64,000 nucleotides of DNA from an uncultured Chloroflexia bacterium (GCA_963751345.1 CAVVUS010000010.1:96001-160000), one strand, 5' to 3'; positions 47,864 to 61,750 are shown, counted from the first letter of the stretch. Notes: a model not told the origin generated them from the letters alone. Numbers and translations are program-made.

Positions 47864-50800
47864 ATGTCAGTAGCAGACCTTGGCGTTAAATCTTACGCTC
47901 GTATTGCTAGCGCATTGCCGCTACCGGGTCTTGTAGAGATGCAGTTGCAGTCCTATGGATGGCTGCAAGAGGAGGGATTGTACGAGCTGTTTGACGAGGT
48001 TTCACCGATCGACAGCTTCAATGGCCTTCTGAGTTTGTACCTGCCCGGCCTGAAGGCCAAGGAGGCAGGTTTCAACCTGAAGTATCGCTTCGGCGAGCCG
48101 AAGCACGATCAGCAGGAATGCCTGGAGCGCGATCTCACGTTCGCCGGTCCTTTGTACGTGCAGGTTGCGCTTGTCAATCGAGAGACGAGTGAGATCGTCG
48201 AGCAGGAGATCTTCTTGGGCGATCTCCCGCTGATGACCGAGCACGCGACGTTCATTATCAATGGGACTGAGCGTGTCGTGGTCAGCCAGTTGATTCGGTC
48301 TCCGGGCGTCTATTTCGGTCTTGAGGAAGATGCCGGGCGGCGGCTGGCCAGCGCGAAGCTGATTCCCGACCGCGGTGCCTGGATGGAGTTCGAGACCCGC
48401 AAGTCCGGATATCTCACCCTGCGGTTCAACCGCAAGCGCACCATTCCGGTCACTATCTTCCTGCGCGCGCTCGCTGCCGTGGATGACCCTTTGCACGGCG
48501 ATCTGTTGACCGTGGGCGAGGACGATGAGCTCATCGAGCTCTTCCGAGAAGCCGACAACGACCCCGATCATCCCTGGATTTCGGACACGATTCGTCAGGA
48601 ACCCACGTGGGATCTGAAGGCCGGCCGCAGTGTCGCACAAGAGGCCTTGATTGAGTTCTACCGCCGCATGCGCCCTGGCGATCCTCCCACGCTGGAGAAC
48701 GCCGAGGAATACATGGTCTCGCAGCTCTTCGATCCTCAGCGCTATAACCTGCAAGAGGTGGGACGCTACAAGCTCAACCAGCGCATGCAGATCACCGTCC
48801 CGATGTCTATCCGGACGATCACGAAGGATGACTTCGTTGCGTTGGTTCGGCGGATGATTCACATCAATAACGGGGTTGCAGGTCCGGACGATATGGACCA
48901 CCTCGGAAATCGTCGTGTCAAGACGGTAGGTGAGCTGGTCCAGGCGAAGATTCGCATTGGACTAGTCCGTATGGAGCGGGTCGTTCGGGAGCGTATGAGC
49001 ATCCGGGATGAATCCCCGACGCCCGTGAGCCTGATCAATATCCGTCCTGTGGTGGCCTCGATTCGCGAATTCTTCGGTTCGAGCCAGCTTTCGCAGTTCA
49101 TGGAGCAGACCAATCCTCTCTCCAGCCTGACGCACAAGCGCACGCTCTCCGCGTTGGGTCCGGGCGGTCTGCGACGTGAGCGCGCGGGCTTTGATGTGCG
49201 CGATGTGCACCACAGCCACTACGGTCGTATTTGTCCCATCGAGACGCCTGAGGGACCCAATATCGGTCTCATCGGCCGACTCAGCACGTACGGTCGCGTC
49301 AACGACCTTGGGTTTATCGAGACCCCTTATCGGCGCGTGATCCGCACCGTGCCGAACACCGTCGATCAGCTGACCGGTGAGATTCTGCGCGAGGACCTCG
49401 AGAACCCTGAGACGGGTGAGGTCGTAGCGACTGCCGGTGCGACGATTACGCCGGAGTTGGCGGAGACCATTGCGGCCATGTCGTTACAGGATCCGGTGCG
49501 GATCAAACCACGTGTCACCGAGGAGATCACCTACCTCTCGGCAGATCGGGAGGAGCCCTACACGATCGCTCAGGCCAATGCCTCACTGGACACAAACGGG
49601 CGCTTTCTCGACGATCGTGTCGTGTCCCGCAAGGGTGACGGCTATACTTTCGCGCCTCCGGATCGTATCGACTATATCGATGTCGCGCCGATCCAGATGG
49701 TCGGTGTGTCCGCGGCGTTGATCCCGTTCCTGGAGCACGACGACGCGAACCGTGCGTTGATGGGATCGAACATGCAGCGCCAGGCTGTGCCGCTGATCAG
49801 TCCTCAAGCACCCATCGTGGGCACGGGGATTGAGCGGGCTGCAGCCCTCAACTCGGGGTTGGTCATCACCTCACGCGAAGCAGGCACCGTGCTGAGTGCC
49901 TCGGGTGACCGTGTGGTTGTCCTTCAGGACGATGGTGAGACCGCCACCTACACCCTGCAGAAATACTGCGCGGTCGAACCAGAGTACGTGCATCGACCAG
50001 CGTCTGGCTGTGGTCAAGGGCCAACGTGTTGAGGCCGGCGACGTCCTTGCAGACAGCTCCTCGACAGAGGATGGACAGCTCGCCCTGGGACAAAACGTCC
50101 TCGTGGCGTTTATGTCGTGGGAGGGCGGTAACTTCGAGGACGCGATTTTGCTGAGTGAAGACCTGGTCCGCAAGGATCAGTTCACCTCCGTGCACGTAGA
50201 GAAACACGAGCTTGCCGCTCGGGATACCAAACTGGGTCCCGAAGAGGTCACGCGCGAGATCCCCAATGTGTCGGAGGAGGCGCTTCGCGATCTCGACGAA
50301 GAGGGTATCGTTCGTATCGGCGCCGAAGTCGGCCCGCTGGACGTGCTCGTAGGCAAGATCACGCCCAAGGGTGAGAAGGAGCTTACGCCTGAGGAGAAAC
50401 TGCTCCGGGCAATCTTCGGTGAGAAGCTGCGCGACGTCAAGGATACCAGCTTGCGGATGCCGCACGGTGCTCACGGCAAGGTTGTGGATGTCAAGGTGTT
50501 TGATCGCGAGGAGTATCGTGATCTGCCCGCAGGTGTGGAGAAGGTAGTTCGCGTCAACGTGGTCCAACGACGCAAGATCACCGAGGGCGACAAGATGGCC
50601 GGTCGTCACGGCAACAAGGGGGTCATCTCCCAGATCGTGCCGATCGAGGATATGCCTTTCCTGGCGAGTGGTCGCGCGATTGACATCATCCTCAATCCGC
50701 TGGGTGTGCCGGGCCGGATGAATATCGGACAGGTACTGGAGACCCATCTTGGTTGGGCGGCACATCGGCTTGGATTCAGCACGGTGACGCCTGTCTTCGA

Positions 50801-51770
50801 CGGGGCGAATGAGCAGGAGATCGCAGCGGAGTTGGCACGGGCTTGGTTGATAGATCAGGCCTGGGATGACATTACGGAGCAGACCTGGACGTGGTTGAAG
50901 GCACAGGAGTATCCGTTGGAGTCGCTCGTCGATGACGAAGAGGCCCGGCTGATTTACGTTGCTTCGTGGTTAGCACCCAAGGGTTATGATGTGGATCGGC
51001 TCCGCGATGACAGGATCTATGCACGGCGCTCTGTGCTCCGTGAGTGGCTCCTGGATTTTGGTTACGATCCTGACGCCCTGCTTTCGTTCGAAAACGATGG
51101 GCGGTCCGTGCCCGAACGCCAGGCTGCTGATCACAGAGCGCAGGCGGTCTGCCTACGTCTGTGGATGGAAGCCCATGGAGAGGATGTTCAGGATCAGTCG
51201 GACGATGACGTGATCCTGCTGGCGACACAGTACAGTCAAGAGCACGACGAAGCTCTGCCGACGTTGGGTAAGATGATCTTGTACAACGGGAAGACGGGTG
51301 AGCCCTTCGATCAGCCGGTGACGGTAGGCATCATCTATATGATGAAGCTCGCGCACCTGGTCGAGGATAAGGTTCATACGCGGTCGACGGGCCCGTACTC
51401 GTTGGTGACCCAGCAGCCTCTGGGCGGCAAGGCGCAGTTCGGTGGTCAGCGCTTCGGAGAGATGGAGGTATGGGCGCTCGAGGCCTATGGCGCAGCCTAC
51501 ACTCTGCAGGAGATGCTGACGATCAAGTCGGACGACGTGCAAGGCCGTGTCAAGGCGTATGAGTCGATCGTGAAGGGCCTGCCGATCGAGGAACCGGGGA
51601 TCCCTGCTTCGTTCAAGGTGCTGGTTAAAGAGCTGCAGAGCTTGGCGCTTTCGGTGGAGGCTGTGACTGACTCCGGCGAGGTGCTGCACTTTGGTCGTGA
51701 CGACCGTCGTGCCCAGCTTCCGAAGTTGGGGATGGGCTTGCTTGGGTTGACACCGCAGAATGTGCGTTAG
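47864..51770 (+). CDS. rpoB: RNA polymerase beta subunit (one-base frameshift near 49967, probable sequencing error)
   Basis: [61 protein letters not shown]. Confidence 0.97.
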
Positions 51771-51782
51771 GGATTCGAGGAG

Positions 51783-51810
51783 TTGACCTATTCAGGCTTT
51801 ATGGTAGAAT
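51783..51810 (+). promoter_or_regulatory. str operon promoter
   Basis: TTGACC-N16-TAGAAT with TGn extended -10. Confidence 0.65.
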
Positions 51811-51984
51811 TCCCATTCGCTTACGGGTGGCAGCCACATCTCCTGTCATCTACATAAGGAACGTTACGCGGTCGACAACGAGGAGGCCATCGCAGCGAAG
51901 ATGGCCTTCTTCACTGCGAAAAAGGGAAACGCCCTGGTGAGGGCGGGCCTTGAGGAAGGGCTAGACCTAATTTAGGAGGAAAAA

Positions 51985-52407
51985 GTGCCGACGATTAACC
52001 AATTGGTGCGGAAGGGCCGGAAGCCAAAGGCACGGCAGCCGAAGTCTCCAGCACTCGCCTATAATGTGAATACCAAGCGGGGCGGCAGGCGTACACGTGT
52101 GAAGGAAGGCAACCCCCAAAAGCGGGGTGTCTGCACCATCGTGCGCACGACGACGCCGAAGAAGCCCAACTCTGCGCTGCGGAAGATCGCCCGTGTGCGG
52201 CTTTCCAATCGTCTCGAGGTCACGGCCTATATCCCCGGCGAGGGGCACAACCTTCAGGAGCACTCGGTCGTGCTGGTGCGTGGCGGGCGTGTAAAGGACC
52301 TTCCCGGTGTGCGCTACCACATTGTGCGTGGTGCGTTGGACTGTGCGGGTGTGAGCGGGCGCCATCAAAAGCGCTCCAAGTACGGCACCAAGTCCGAGCA
52401 GAAGTAG
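51985..52407 (+). CDS. rpsL: 30S ribosomal protein S12
   Basis: [31 protein letters not shown]. Confidence 0.98.
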   Translation: MPTINQLVRKGRKPKARQPKSPALAYNVNTKRGGRRTRVKEGNPQKRGVCTIVRTTTPKKPNSALRKIARVRLSNRLEVTAYIPGEGHNLQEHSVVLVRGGRVKDLPGVRYHIVRGALDCAGVSGRHQKRSKYGTKSEQK

Positions 52408-52424
52408 CGAGGATGGAGTAAAGT

Positions 52425-52895
52425 ATGTCAAGACGTAATCGTCCAGCTAGGCGAGTGGTTGAGCCCGATATTCGCTACAATAGCGTGCCCATGCAGAAGT
52501 TCATGAACCGGATGATGCGTGGCGGCAAGCGGAGCATAAGCCAGCGTATTATGTATGAAGCACTGGATCAGGCAGAGGCGCGCGCGAATAAGCCGGCAGT
52601 GGAGGTTTTCAACGAGGCGATGCAGAACGTGTTGCCCTCGGTCGAGGTGAAGCCCCGTCGTGTGGGTGGGGCGACCTATCAGATCCCGGTTGAGGTGCCC
52701 GAATACCGGCAGCTTGCACTGGCGATCCGCTGGTTGTTGGCGGCGGCGCGCAGCCGTCCGGGGCGGGGTATGGCCTCGAAACTGGCCGCGGAGTTTGTCG
52801 ATGCCGCGAATGGTGTCGGGTCTGCGGTAAAGAGGCGTGAGGACACGCTGAGGATGGCGGAAGCTAACCGAGCATTCGCCCACCTCCGCTGGTAA
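52425..52895 (+). CDS. rpsG: 30S ribosomal protein S7
   Basis: RRVGGATYQIPVEV, MAEANRAFAH. Confidence 0.98.
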   Translation: MSRRNRPARRVVEPDIRYNSVPMQKFMNRMMRGGKRSISQRIMYEALDQAEARANKPAVEVFNEAMQNVLPSVEVKPRRVGGATYQIPVEVPEYRQLALAIRWLLAAARSRPGRGMASKLAAEFVDAANGVGSAVKRREDTLRMAEANRAFAHLRW

Positions 52896-52967
52896 GATTT
52901 TCTGCTCTTCAGCGGAGCAGTGAAGTCTGAGCGGGCTGTCGCGGGTAGCTGAAACTGAGATATAGCG

Positions 52968-55040
52968 ATGGCCGAAGCACATTCACTTGAGAATATACGC
53001 AACATCGGGATCATTGCCCACATCGATGCGGGCAAGACCACGACGACCGAACGGATCCTTTTCTACACGGGACGCACACATCGTCTCGGTAATGTGGATG
53101 AAGGTACCACGATTACCGATTGGATGGACCAAGAGAAGGAGCGCGGGATCACGATCACGTCTGCGGCTGTCACCTGTTTCTGGCACCGATGCCAGATCAA
53201 CATCGTTGACACGCCCGGACACATCGATTTTACCGCGGAGGTCCAGCGCAGCCTGCGGGTGCTCGACGGAGGCGTCGTAGTTTTCGACGGCACCGCCGGT
53301 GTGGAGCCTCAGTCCGAGACGGTATGGCGACAGGCCCAGGAGTTCAAAGTCCCTCTGATTGCGTTTGTGAACAAGATGGACAAGTTGGGAGCTGACTTTT
53401 CCTACGCCGTCCAGACGATTCACGAGCGCTTGAAGGCCAATCCCGTCCCCATCCAGTGGCCCATTGGGGCCGAGGGTGATTTCCGGGGAATGGTTGACCT
53501 GATTGAGTGGCGCGGCGTCTTCTGGTCCGACGAACTCGGCCAGACATCGGAGTTCGGTCCTATTCCGTCAGAGGTTGAGGAGAGGGCGCGAGAGGCCCGC
53601 GAGGCGATGATCGAGTCGATCGTCGAGACCGATGATGACCTGACCAATCGCTATCTGGAGGGTGAGGAGATCTCGGCTGACGAGTTACGCGTCGCACTTC
53701 GGGCCGCGGTGATCTCCGGGCAGATGCAGCCCGTGTTGTGTGGTTCTTCGCTACGAAACAAGGGCATTCAGCCCCTGTTGGATGCGATCGTTGATTACTT
53801 ACCCTCTCCATTGGATGTCCCGCCGATCACGGGGGAGAATCCAAAGAAGGAGCGGATTGAGGAGCGCCCAGCGGATCCATCGGCTCCGTTGGCAGCGCTG
53901 ATCTTTAAAATAGCTTCGGATCCTTATGCGGGACGTCTGGCGTACTTCCGGATCTATTCCGGCACGCTGACCCGCGGGAATGTCTACCTGAATGCAGGTA
54001 AGCAGATCCGGGAGCGTGTCACCAAGTTGCTGAGGATGTTTGCCGATCGCCGAGAGGAGGTCGACGAACTGATGGCCGGCGACATTGGGGCAACGGTAGG
54101 CCTGAAGAACACGGTCACCGGCGACACGCTCTCAGCGATGAACGCGCCGATTGTTCTGGAGCCGATCGTCTTTCCGGAACCGGTGATCGCAATCGCTGTG
54201 GAGCCCAAGACTGTGGCTGATCAGGATCATCTGGCGGAAGCGTTAGCGCGACTGGCGGAAGAAGATCCCACCTTTCAAGTCCAGATGGACGAAGGGACCG
54301 GCCAGACGATTCTGCGGGGCATGGGCGAGCTTCATCTGGAGATCCTGGTAGATCGAATGCTCCGGGAGTTTCGGGTTGAGGCAAATGTCGGTAAGCCACG
54401 CGTTGCGTATAAGGAAACGGTTACACAAACCGGTCGTTCTGAGGTAGTTTTCGATCGGATGTTGGCCGGTAAACCCCAGTATGCTCGGGTAGTGCTGGAA
54501 GTAAGCCCGGCAGAGGATGGGAAAGCATCCGGGTTTGTTAATCTACTGCGTCCGCAGGACCTGGCAGCTCAATTCGTTGAGTCTGTCAGAGCTGGGGCGC
54601 TAGAGTCGTTGGATAGTGGCTTGATTGCCGGATACCCGATGGTGGGTATCGAGATCCGGTTGGTAGATGCGAGTGCGGATCCGGTGTTGTCGTCAGAAGT
54701 CGCGTTTCGGGCTGCAGCAGCGCAGGCTTTTCGCCAGGCAGTCGAAGTCGCGCAGCCCGTGGTGTTGGAGCCGATGATGGATGTAGAGGTGGTGATGCCG
54801 GAAGGGTTCGTCGGTGAGGTACTCGGCGATCTGAACGCTAGAGGTGCCGAGATCAGACTGATGGAGCCCAGAGCCGGCGGTGGTCAGGCAATTCGGGCGT
54901 TTGCTCCCCTGGCCAGGATGTTTGGATATGCCACAGATCTGCGAAGTCTGACGCAAGGACGAGGTACATTCACGATGGAGTTTCACCATTACGAACCGGT
55001 GGACTCCCGGCAGATGGATGCCATCGTGTACGGCTATTGA
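52968..55040 (+). CDS. fusA: Elongation factor G (divergent domain IV)
   Basis: [40 protein letters not shown]. Confidence 0.95.
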   Translation: MAEAHSLENIRNIGIIAHIDAGKTTTTERILFYTGRTHRLGNVDEGTTITDWMDQEKERGITITSAAVTCFWHRCQINIVDTPGHIDFTAEVQRSLRVLDGGVVVFDGTAGVEPQSETVWRQAQEFKVPLIAFVNKMDKLGADFSYAVQTIHERLKANPVPIQWPIGAEGDFRGMVDLIEWRGVFWSDELGQTSEFGPIPSEVEERAREAREAMIESIVETDDDLTNRYLEGEEISADELRVALRAAVISGQMQPVLCGSSLRNKGIQPLLDAIVDYLPSPLDVPPITGENPKKERIEERPADPSAPLAALIFKIASDPYAGRLAYFRIYSGTLTRGNVYLNAGKQIRERVTKLLRMFADRREEVDELMAGDIGATVGLKNTVTGDTLSAMNAPIVLEPIVFPEPVIAIAVEPKTVADQDHLAEALARLAEEDPTFQVQMDEGTGQTILRGMGELHLEILVDRMLREFRVEANVGKPRVAYKETVTQTGRSEVVFDRMLAGKPQYARVVLEVSPAEDGKASGFVNLLRPQDLAAQFVESVRAGALESLDSGLIAGYPMVGIEIRLVDASADPVLSSEVAFRAAAAQAFRQAVEVAQPVVLEPMMDVEVVMPEGFVGEVLGDLNARGAEIRLMEPRAGGGQAIRAFAPLARMFGYATDLRSLTQGRGTFTMEFHHYEPVDSRQMDAIVYGY

Positions 55041-55141
55041 GCCTGAGTGCACGGGCGTATAAGTGTCAGCTATGCTGACATAGAATTGATCACTAAGAGT
55101 ACACAGAACTAATCTGTAAGCAGAGTAAGGAGAGGCAAGCA

Positions 55142-56362
<1,221 letters not shown>

Positions 56363-56388
56363 GACGAGGGAGCCCTACAGGTTGGTTT

Positions 56389-56697
56389 ATGGCTAAACAA
56401 CGAATTCGCATTCGGTTGAAGGGATACGATCATCGCATTCTGGACGAGTCTGCCCGGCGGATCGTAGAGGCTGCTGAGCGCACGGGTGCTCATGTTGCAG
56501 GTCCGGTGCCCCTGCCCACAAGAATCGAGCGGTTCACCGTTCGACGTTCTCCATTCATCGATAAGGACACGCACGAGCATTTCGAGATTCGTACACACAA
56601 GCGTTTGATCGATATCCAGGATCCGGATTCGAAGACGATTGACACGCTGATGCGACTCAATATGCCGGCCGGTGTGGATATCGAGATCAAACTGTAG
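56389..56697 (+). CDS. rpsJ: 30S ribosomal protein S10
   Basis: [25 protein letters not shown]. Confidence 0.98.
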   Translation: MAKQRIRIRLKGYDHRILDESARRIVEAAERTGAHVAGPVPLPTRIERFTVRRSPFIDKDTHEHFEIRTHKRLIDIQDPDSKTIDTLMRLNMPAGVDIEIKL

Positions 56698-56924
56698 TCT
56701 GATCTGGTTCGCGGCAGGCCAGGGTTCGTTAAGTCTGTCGTAGTCTGATTAACCGCCCCCTGGTTATCGGCTCACCGAGCACGTCGAGCTGATGGCCAGG
56801 GGGGTGGTGTCGAAGAAACTGGGATGATGCGGCGTGTCAAGGGTACGGTACGCGGGCCCAAAGGTAGCGTAGATGAAGGGCCCCGGTGACTGCGCTCGAG
56901 CGTTGGCAGTCCCAAGGAGGAATC

Positions 56925-57575
56925 GTGAAAGGTATTTTAGGACGAAAGGTTGGAATGACCCAGATCTTCCGGGAAGACGGCACGGTTGTGCCGGTCACCG
57001 TCGTAGAGGCCGGGCCATGCTATGTGACGCAACTTCGTCTGCCCGAACGTGATGGGTATCGGGCAGTGCAGCTTGGCTATGGTACCGCCAAGGCGAAGCA
57101 TTTGACCCGGGGGCAGATGGGGCATCTTGAGCGCGCCGGGACACCGCAATTGCGTTACCTGCGCGAAGTGCGTACTCGCGAAGATGATGAGCAATACGAG
57201 ATCGGTCAGCGGATCCTTGCTGACATCTTTGCACCTGGCGAGCGCGTCGATATCGAAGGGCGCTCCAAGGGACGCGGATTTGCCGGTGTCGTGAAGCGCT
57301 ACCATTTCGCGGGTGGCCCGCGGACCCACGGTCAATCCGACCGCGAGCGCGCGCCGGGCTCCATTGGCGCCTGCGCAACACCGGGCAAGGTTTGGAAGGG
57401 CCAGAAGATGCCTGGGCAGATGGGAAACAAGAGGACCACTGTTCAGAATCTAGAGGTCGTGTTGGTTGACCCGGAGCGAAACCTCCTGGCTGTGCGCGGC
57501 TCTGTGCCGGGGCCCAAAGGCGCTCTAGTCTTGGTCAAGGGCGCCCGTAAGCAACGGGTCTACAAAGGAGGCTAG
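56925..57575 (+). CDS. rplC: 50S ribosomal protein L3
   Basis: GTG start after AGGAGG; [19 protein letters not shown]. Confidence 0.97.
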   Translation: MKGILGRKVGMTQIFREDGTVVPVTVVEAGPCYVTQLRLPERDGYRAVQLGYGTAKAKHLTRGQMGHLERAGTPQLRYLREVRTREDDEQYEIGQRILADIFAPGERVDIEGRSKGRGFAGVVKRYHFAGGPRTHGQSDRERAPGSIGACATPGKVWKGQKMPGQMGNKRTTVQNLEVVLVDPERNLLAVRGSVPGPKGALVLVKGARKQRVYKGG

Positions 57576-57577
57576 CG

Positions 57578-58255
57578 ATGCTCGTTCCCGTTATCAATAT
57601 GCAGGGAGAGAAGGTCAGTGAGGTCGAACTGCGATCAGAGATCTTCGAAGCCTCGGTAAATGTTCCATTGATCCACCAGGCGCTGGTACGTCAGTTGGCT
57701 AATGCGCGCCTGGGAACTCACAGCACAAAGACGCGCAGTGAGAACAACCGGACAAAGGCCAAGTGGTATCGGCAGAAGGGCACCGGTCGTGCCCGGCACG
57801 GAAGCCGCAATGCGCCGATTTTCGTCGGCGGTGGTATTGCGCACGGGCCGAAGCCGCGGAGCTACGCTAAGAAGATGCCCAAGAAGATGCGGCGTGCCGC
57901 GTTGCGCTCAGCGTTGTCCGCGAAGGCGGCTGAGCAGCAGGTGATCATTTTGGACGAGCTGAAGATGGCAGGCCCGAAGACGAAGGAGATGGCGGGGACG
58001 TTGCGCCTGATCTCCCCCAATGAGGGCAAGACGCTGATCCTGCTGGCCGAACGCAATACTCCGGTCGAGTTGTCGGTGCGAAACCTGCCCACAGCTAAGG
58101 CGCTCCGGGCGCAATACTTGAATATTCGTGACCTTCTGGACTTCGATACCCTGGTGATGCCGTTGGCGTCGCTCGAGACCATCGAATCACTTCTGGGCAC
58201 GGGGAGATCCCGGTCTGTTGGGGCGGATCTCCAATCCGCCGGGGTCGAGGAGTAA
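57578..58255 (+). CDS. rplD: 50S ribosomal protein L4
   Basis: RQKGTGRARHGS, GGGIAHGPKPR. Confidence 0.97.
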   Translation: MLVPVINMQGEKVSEVELRSEIFEASVNVPLIHQALVRQLANARLGTHSTKTRSENNRTKAKWYRQKGTGRARHGSRNAPIFVGGGIAHGPKPRSYAKKMPKKMRRAALRSALSAKAAEQQVIILDELKMAGPKTKEMAGTLRLISPNEGKTLILLAERNTPVELSVRNLPTAKALRAQYLNIRDLLDFDTLVMPLASLETIESLLGTGRSRSVGADLQSAGVEE

Positions 58256-58261
58256 GGTCTG

Positions 58262-58549
58262 ATGCATAGCTACGATATTATCGTGCGACCACTGGAAACT
58301 GAGAAGTCCTACACTCTGCGAGAGCAGGGGAAGTACGTTTTCATTGTTCACGTGAACGCAAACAAGCTTGAGGTAAAGCGTGCGGTCGAGGAGATCTACG
58401 GTGTGAACGTCGATCGCGTGCGGACGATGATTATGCCCGGCAAGGTCAACAAGACGCGGGGCCGACGTGCGATAAAGCGGCGCGCTCCTTGGAAGAAGGC
58501 GATCGTGACGTTGGTCAGTGGCGGCCGGATTGAGGCATTGGAGGCGTAG
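58262..58549 (+). CDS. rplW: 50S ribosomal protein L23
   Basis: [22 protein letters not shown]. Confidence 0.96.
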   Translation: MHSYDIIVRPLETEKSYTLREQGKYVFIVHVNANKLEVKRAVEEIYGVNVDRVRTMIMPGKVNKTRGRRAIKRRAPWKKAIVTLVSGGRIEALEA

Positions 58550-58550
58550 G

Positions 58551-59399
58551 ATGGCGATTAAGAAGTTCAATCCAACGTCCCCCGGTCGGCGCCATATGAC
58601 CGGACAGACGTTCGATGATGTTACACGCACCGAGCCGGAGAAGAGCCTGTTGCGCCCGCTGAATAAGCAGGCGGGTCGCAACTCATACGGACGCATCACC
58701 GTGCGACACCGCGGTGGCGGCCATGCTCGGAAATACCGGGTCATCGATTTCAAGCGGGACAAGCACGATATTCCTGCGCGAGTCGACTCGATCGAATACG
58801 ATCCGAATCGCTCTGCTCGAATCGCTCTGTTGGTCTATTCGGATGGTGAGAAGCGTTACATCCTCGCGCCCTTGGGGCTGAAGGTCGATGATAAGGTTCT
58901 CAGTTCCAGAGACGAAGCCGAGGTCCGCGTGGGCAATGCCCTGCCCCTCGATCGAATCCCGATGGGAACTCTCGTGCACAACGTCGAACTTCATCCGGGA
59001 CGCGGTGGTCAGATGGTGCGTGCGGCGGGCTCTGCGGCGCAGTTGATGGCGAGGGAGGGCGATTACGTATCGCTCCGTCTGCCGAGCGGCGAAATTCGGC
59101 TGGTCCGCAAGGTCTGCATGGCCACGATAGGCCAGGTCGGCAATCTGGACCATGCGAATGTGAAACTTGGTAAGGCCGGTCGGAAGCGATGGTTGGGATG
59201 GCGCCCTGCGGTTCGTGGCTCGGCGATGTCGCCGCGCGATCATCCGCACGGTGGTGGGGAAGGTCGTACGCCCATTGGTATGCCCGGGCCGAAGTCGCCT
59301 TGGGGTTGGCGTACACTGGGTAGAAAGACCCGCCACAATAAGGATACGGATAAGTACATCGTTCGGCGGCGTCAATCCGGCTCGCGCCGGCGCCGCTAG
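58551..59399 (+). CDS. rplB: 50S ribosomal protein L2
   Basis: [25 protein letters not shown]. Confidence 0.98.
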   Translation: MAIKKFNPTSPGRRHMTGQTFDDVTRTEPEKSLLRPLNKQAGRNSYGRITVRHRGGGHARKYRVIDFKRDKHDIPARVDSIEYDPNRSARIALLVYSDGEKRYILAPLGLKVDDKVLSSRDEAEVRVGNALPLDRIPMGTLVHNVELHPGRGGQMVRAAGSAAQLMAREGDYVSLRLPSGEIRLVRKVCMATIGQVGNLDHANVKLGKAGRKRWLGWRPAVRGSAMSPRDHPHGGGEGRTPIGMPGPKSPWGWRTLGRKTRHNKDTDKYIVRRRQSGSRRRR

Positions 59400-59416
59400 T
59401 AAGGGAGGAAGTCGTT

Positions 59417-59704
59417 ATGTCGCGTTCCTTGAAAAAAGGGCCGTACGTCGAACCAAAGCTGTTGCAGAAGATCGAGGAAATGAACCGGACCGGCAACAAG
59501 CGAGTGATTCGTACGTGGTCGAGGGCCTCCGTGATCTTCCCGCAGATGGTTGGGCACACACTGGCTGTTCACGACGGACGCCGACACGTGCCGATCTATG
59601 TGACGGAGAACATGGTGGGACATCGACTGGGTGAGTTTGCGCCGACCAGGACCTTCCGTGGCCACGTGGCCAGGGAGAAGAAGGTCCGAGTCATGGTGAG
59701 GTAA
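59417..59704 (+). CDS. rpsS: 30S ribosomal protein S19
   Basis: [22 protein letters not shown]. Confidence 0.98.
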   Translation: MSRSLKKGPYVEPKLLQKIEEMNRTGNKRVIRTWSRASVIFPQMVGHTLAVHDGRRHVPIYVTENMVGHRLGEFAPTRTFRGHVAREKKVRVMVR

Positions 59705-59708
59705 GGCG

Positions 59709-60065
59709 ATGCCAGAGACAGCTCGAGCAACAGCTAGATTTATCCCTATGTCACCTCTGAAGGTGCGCCACGTGATTGACGCTCTCAGGGGAATGGCTGC
59801 GCAGGACGCAATGGTCGCCCTGGATGCGATGCCTCATGCGGCTGCTATGCCCGTCTCAAAGCTGATCCGATCGGCAGTCGCCAATGCCGATGAGATGGGT
59901 CTCGATATCAACAGCCTGTATGTCGCAAGAATCGCAGCCGATGATGGCCCAGGCGTGATGCCTGGAAAAGGTTGGCGTGCACGGTGGGGAAGCCGGGGAC
60001 GGTACCGCCCTATTCGCAAGCGCTCGTCCCATATCTCGGTCGTTCTTGAAGAGCGGCTGGATTAA
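59709..60065 (+). CDS. rplV: 50S ribosomal protein L22
   Basis: [22 protein letters not shown]; operon position. Confidence 0.95.
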   Translation: MPETARATARFIPMSPLKVRHVIDALRGMAAQDAMVALDAMPHAAAMPVSKLIRSAVANADEMGLDINSLYVARIAADDGPGVMPGKGWRARWGSRGRYRPIRKRSSHISVVLEERLD

Positions 60066-60085
60066 CTGGTGTAAGGAGGCTTATC

Positions 60086-60769
60086 TTGGGACGCAAAGTA
60101 CATCCCTATGGTTTCCGTTTGAAGGTTATCCGGGACTGGAAGTCTCGGTGGTTTGCACAGGGTCGTGAGTACGCGGATCTACTGAATGAAGACCGAAAGA
60201 TCCGCAGTCTTATCACGCAACTGATGACTGAACGGTCTCGCGATGGGCAGAGCGGCATCTCCCGCGTCGAGATCGAGCGTTTTCCGCCGAATCAGGTCTC
60301 GGTCATCGTCTGGACATCGCGTCCCGGCGTTGTGATCGGCAGGAAAGGCGAGAACGTCAAGGCCATGCGCAAGGAAGTTGAGGATCTGACAGGTGGGAAG
60401 CGTGTGCACATTGACGTGCAAGAGGTCGAGCAGCCGGATCTCGATGCGAAGCTGGTTGCCGAGAATATCGTTGCTCAGTTAGAGAAGCGTATCTACCACA
60501 ACCGCGCGATGAAGCGGGCGCTGCGGCAGGCAATGCGGGCTGGGGCCGAGGGCATTAAGGTGATGTGCAGTGGGCGTTTGTCGGGTTCGGAAATGGCCCG
60601 GCGAACGTGGATGCGGGATGGCCGGGTGCCCCTGCAGACGCTACGTGCTGACATCGACTATGCTCAGGAAGAGGCCCGAACCTCCTACGGGCGCATCGGG
60701 GTCAAGGTTTGGATCTACAAGGGCGAAGTACTGCCCCAGGTGTCCGCTGCCCTCGAAGAGGCGCACTAA
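60086..60769 (+). CDS. rpsC: 30S ribosomal protein S3
   Basis: [34 protein letters not shown]. Confidence 0.98.
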   Translation: MGRKVHPYGFRLKVIRDWKSRWFAQGREYADLLNEDRKIRSLITQLMTERSRDGQSGISRVEIERFPPNQVSVIVWTSRPGVVIGRKGENVKAMRKEVEDLTGGKRVHIDVQEVEQPDLDAKLVAENIVAQLEKRIYHNRAMKRALRQAMRAGAEGIKVMCSGRLSGSEMARRTWMRDGRVPLQTLRADIDYAQEEARTSYGRIGVKVWIYKGEVLPQVSAALEEAH

Positions 60770-60800
60770 TCTGCCGGTTCTTGGGTAAGGAGATCGAGCT

Positions 60801-61232
60801 ATGTTGATGCCGAAACGCATGAAATATCGTAAGCAGCATCGTGGGCGAATGAAGGGTATGGCTGGCCGAGGCGTAAGCGTCGATTTCGGCGACTTCGGGC
60901 TGCAGGCCCTTGAGCCCTGCTGGATGTCCGCGCGGCAGATCGAGGCAGCACGGCGCACGATTGTGCGTCATATGCGTCGTCGCGGCAAGTACTGGGTTCG
61001 CATTTTCCCGGACAAGCCCATCACCTCAAAACCTGCAGAGACGCGCATGGGCAAGGGGAAGGGCGATGTGGACTATTGGGCGGCGGTAATCCGACCTGGT
61101 CGTGTGTTGTTTGAGGTCGGGGGTGTGCCGGAGGATATTGCGCAAGAGGCGCTGCGTCTGGCTGCCTACAAGCTGCCCATCAGGACCCAGGTTATCACCC
61201 GTATCGAATACGGTGGCGGAGCAGGAGCGTAG
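60801..61232 (+). CDS. rplP: 50S ribosomal protein L16
   Basis: [20 protein letters not shown]. Confidence 0.98.
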   Translation: MLMPKRMKYRKQHRGRMKGMAGRGVSVDFGDFGLQALEPCWMSARQIEAARRTIVRHMRRRGKYWVRIFPDKPITSKPAETRMGKGKGDVDYWAAVIRPGRVLFEVGGVPEDIAQEALRLAAYKLPIRTQVITRIEYGGGAGA

Positions 61233-61234
61233 GC

Positions 61235-61480
61235 ATGCGCACGAGTGAGATTAGAAGCATCGCATCTGACGAACTACGCACCCGCTTGCAGGAAACCCGC
61301 CGTGAGTTGTTTAATCTGCGTCAGCAATGGTATGCCGGCAGCTTGCAGGATCACAATCGACTAAGTGCTGTCCGCAAGGATATCGCCCGTATCCTGACGG
61401 TCCTGCGTGAGCGAGACCTGGTCGCGGAAGCCGCAGAAGCTGCGGAAGCTGCAGAAAAAGAAGAAGGAGCGGCGGTATGA
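61235..61480 (+). CDS. rpmC: 50S ribosomal protein L29
   Basis: ELFNLR, VRKDIARILT. Confidence 0.95.
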   Translation: MRTSEIRSIASDELRTRLQETRRELFNLRQQWYAGSLQDHNRLSAVRKDIARILTVLRERDLVAEAAEAAEAAEKEEGAAV

Positions 61481-61728
61481 GGGAGCGACGAAAACGACTG
61501 GTCGGCATCGTGACCAGCGACAAGATGGACAAGACCGTGGTTGTGACTGTTGAGCGACGATATCGCCACTCGCTTTATGAGAAGGTAATCCGCTCGGCGA
61601 AGAAGTATGCGGCGCATGATGAGCGCAACGACTGCCGCGTGGGTGATAAGGTCCAGATCGTGGAATCACGCCCATACAGCCGTCGGAAGCGTTGGGCTGT
61701 CGAGGAGATTCTGGAGCGCGCCGCGTAG
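61477..61728 (+). CDS. rpsQ: 30S ribosomal protein S17
   Basis: SDKMDKTVVV, AHDE, ESRPYS. Confidence 0.97.
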   Translation: MRERRKRLVGIVTSDKMDKTVVVTVERRYRHSLYEKVIRSAKKYAAHDERNDCRVGDKVQIVESRPYSRRKRWAVEEILERAA

Positions 61729-61750
61729 CCGGCTGTGAGGGAGTCGTCCA

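Noticed and set aside
49950-49985. Frameshift in rpoB (split subunit or programmed frameshift?)
   Set aside because: Removing one base restores KYARSNQST. Similar small indels split the dipeptidase, FHA, LysM, mmdD and enolase genes, and there is no slippery motif, so sequencing error is most likely.
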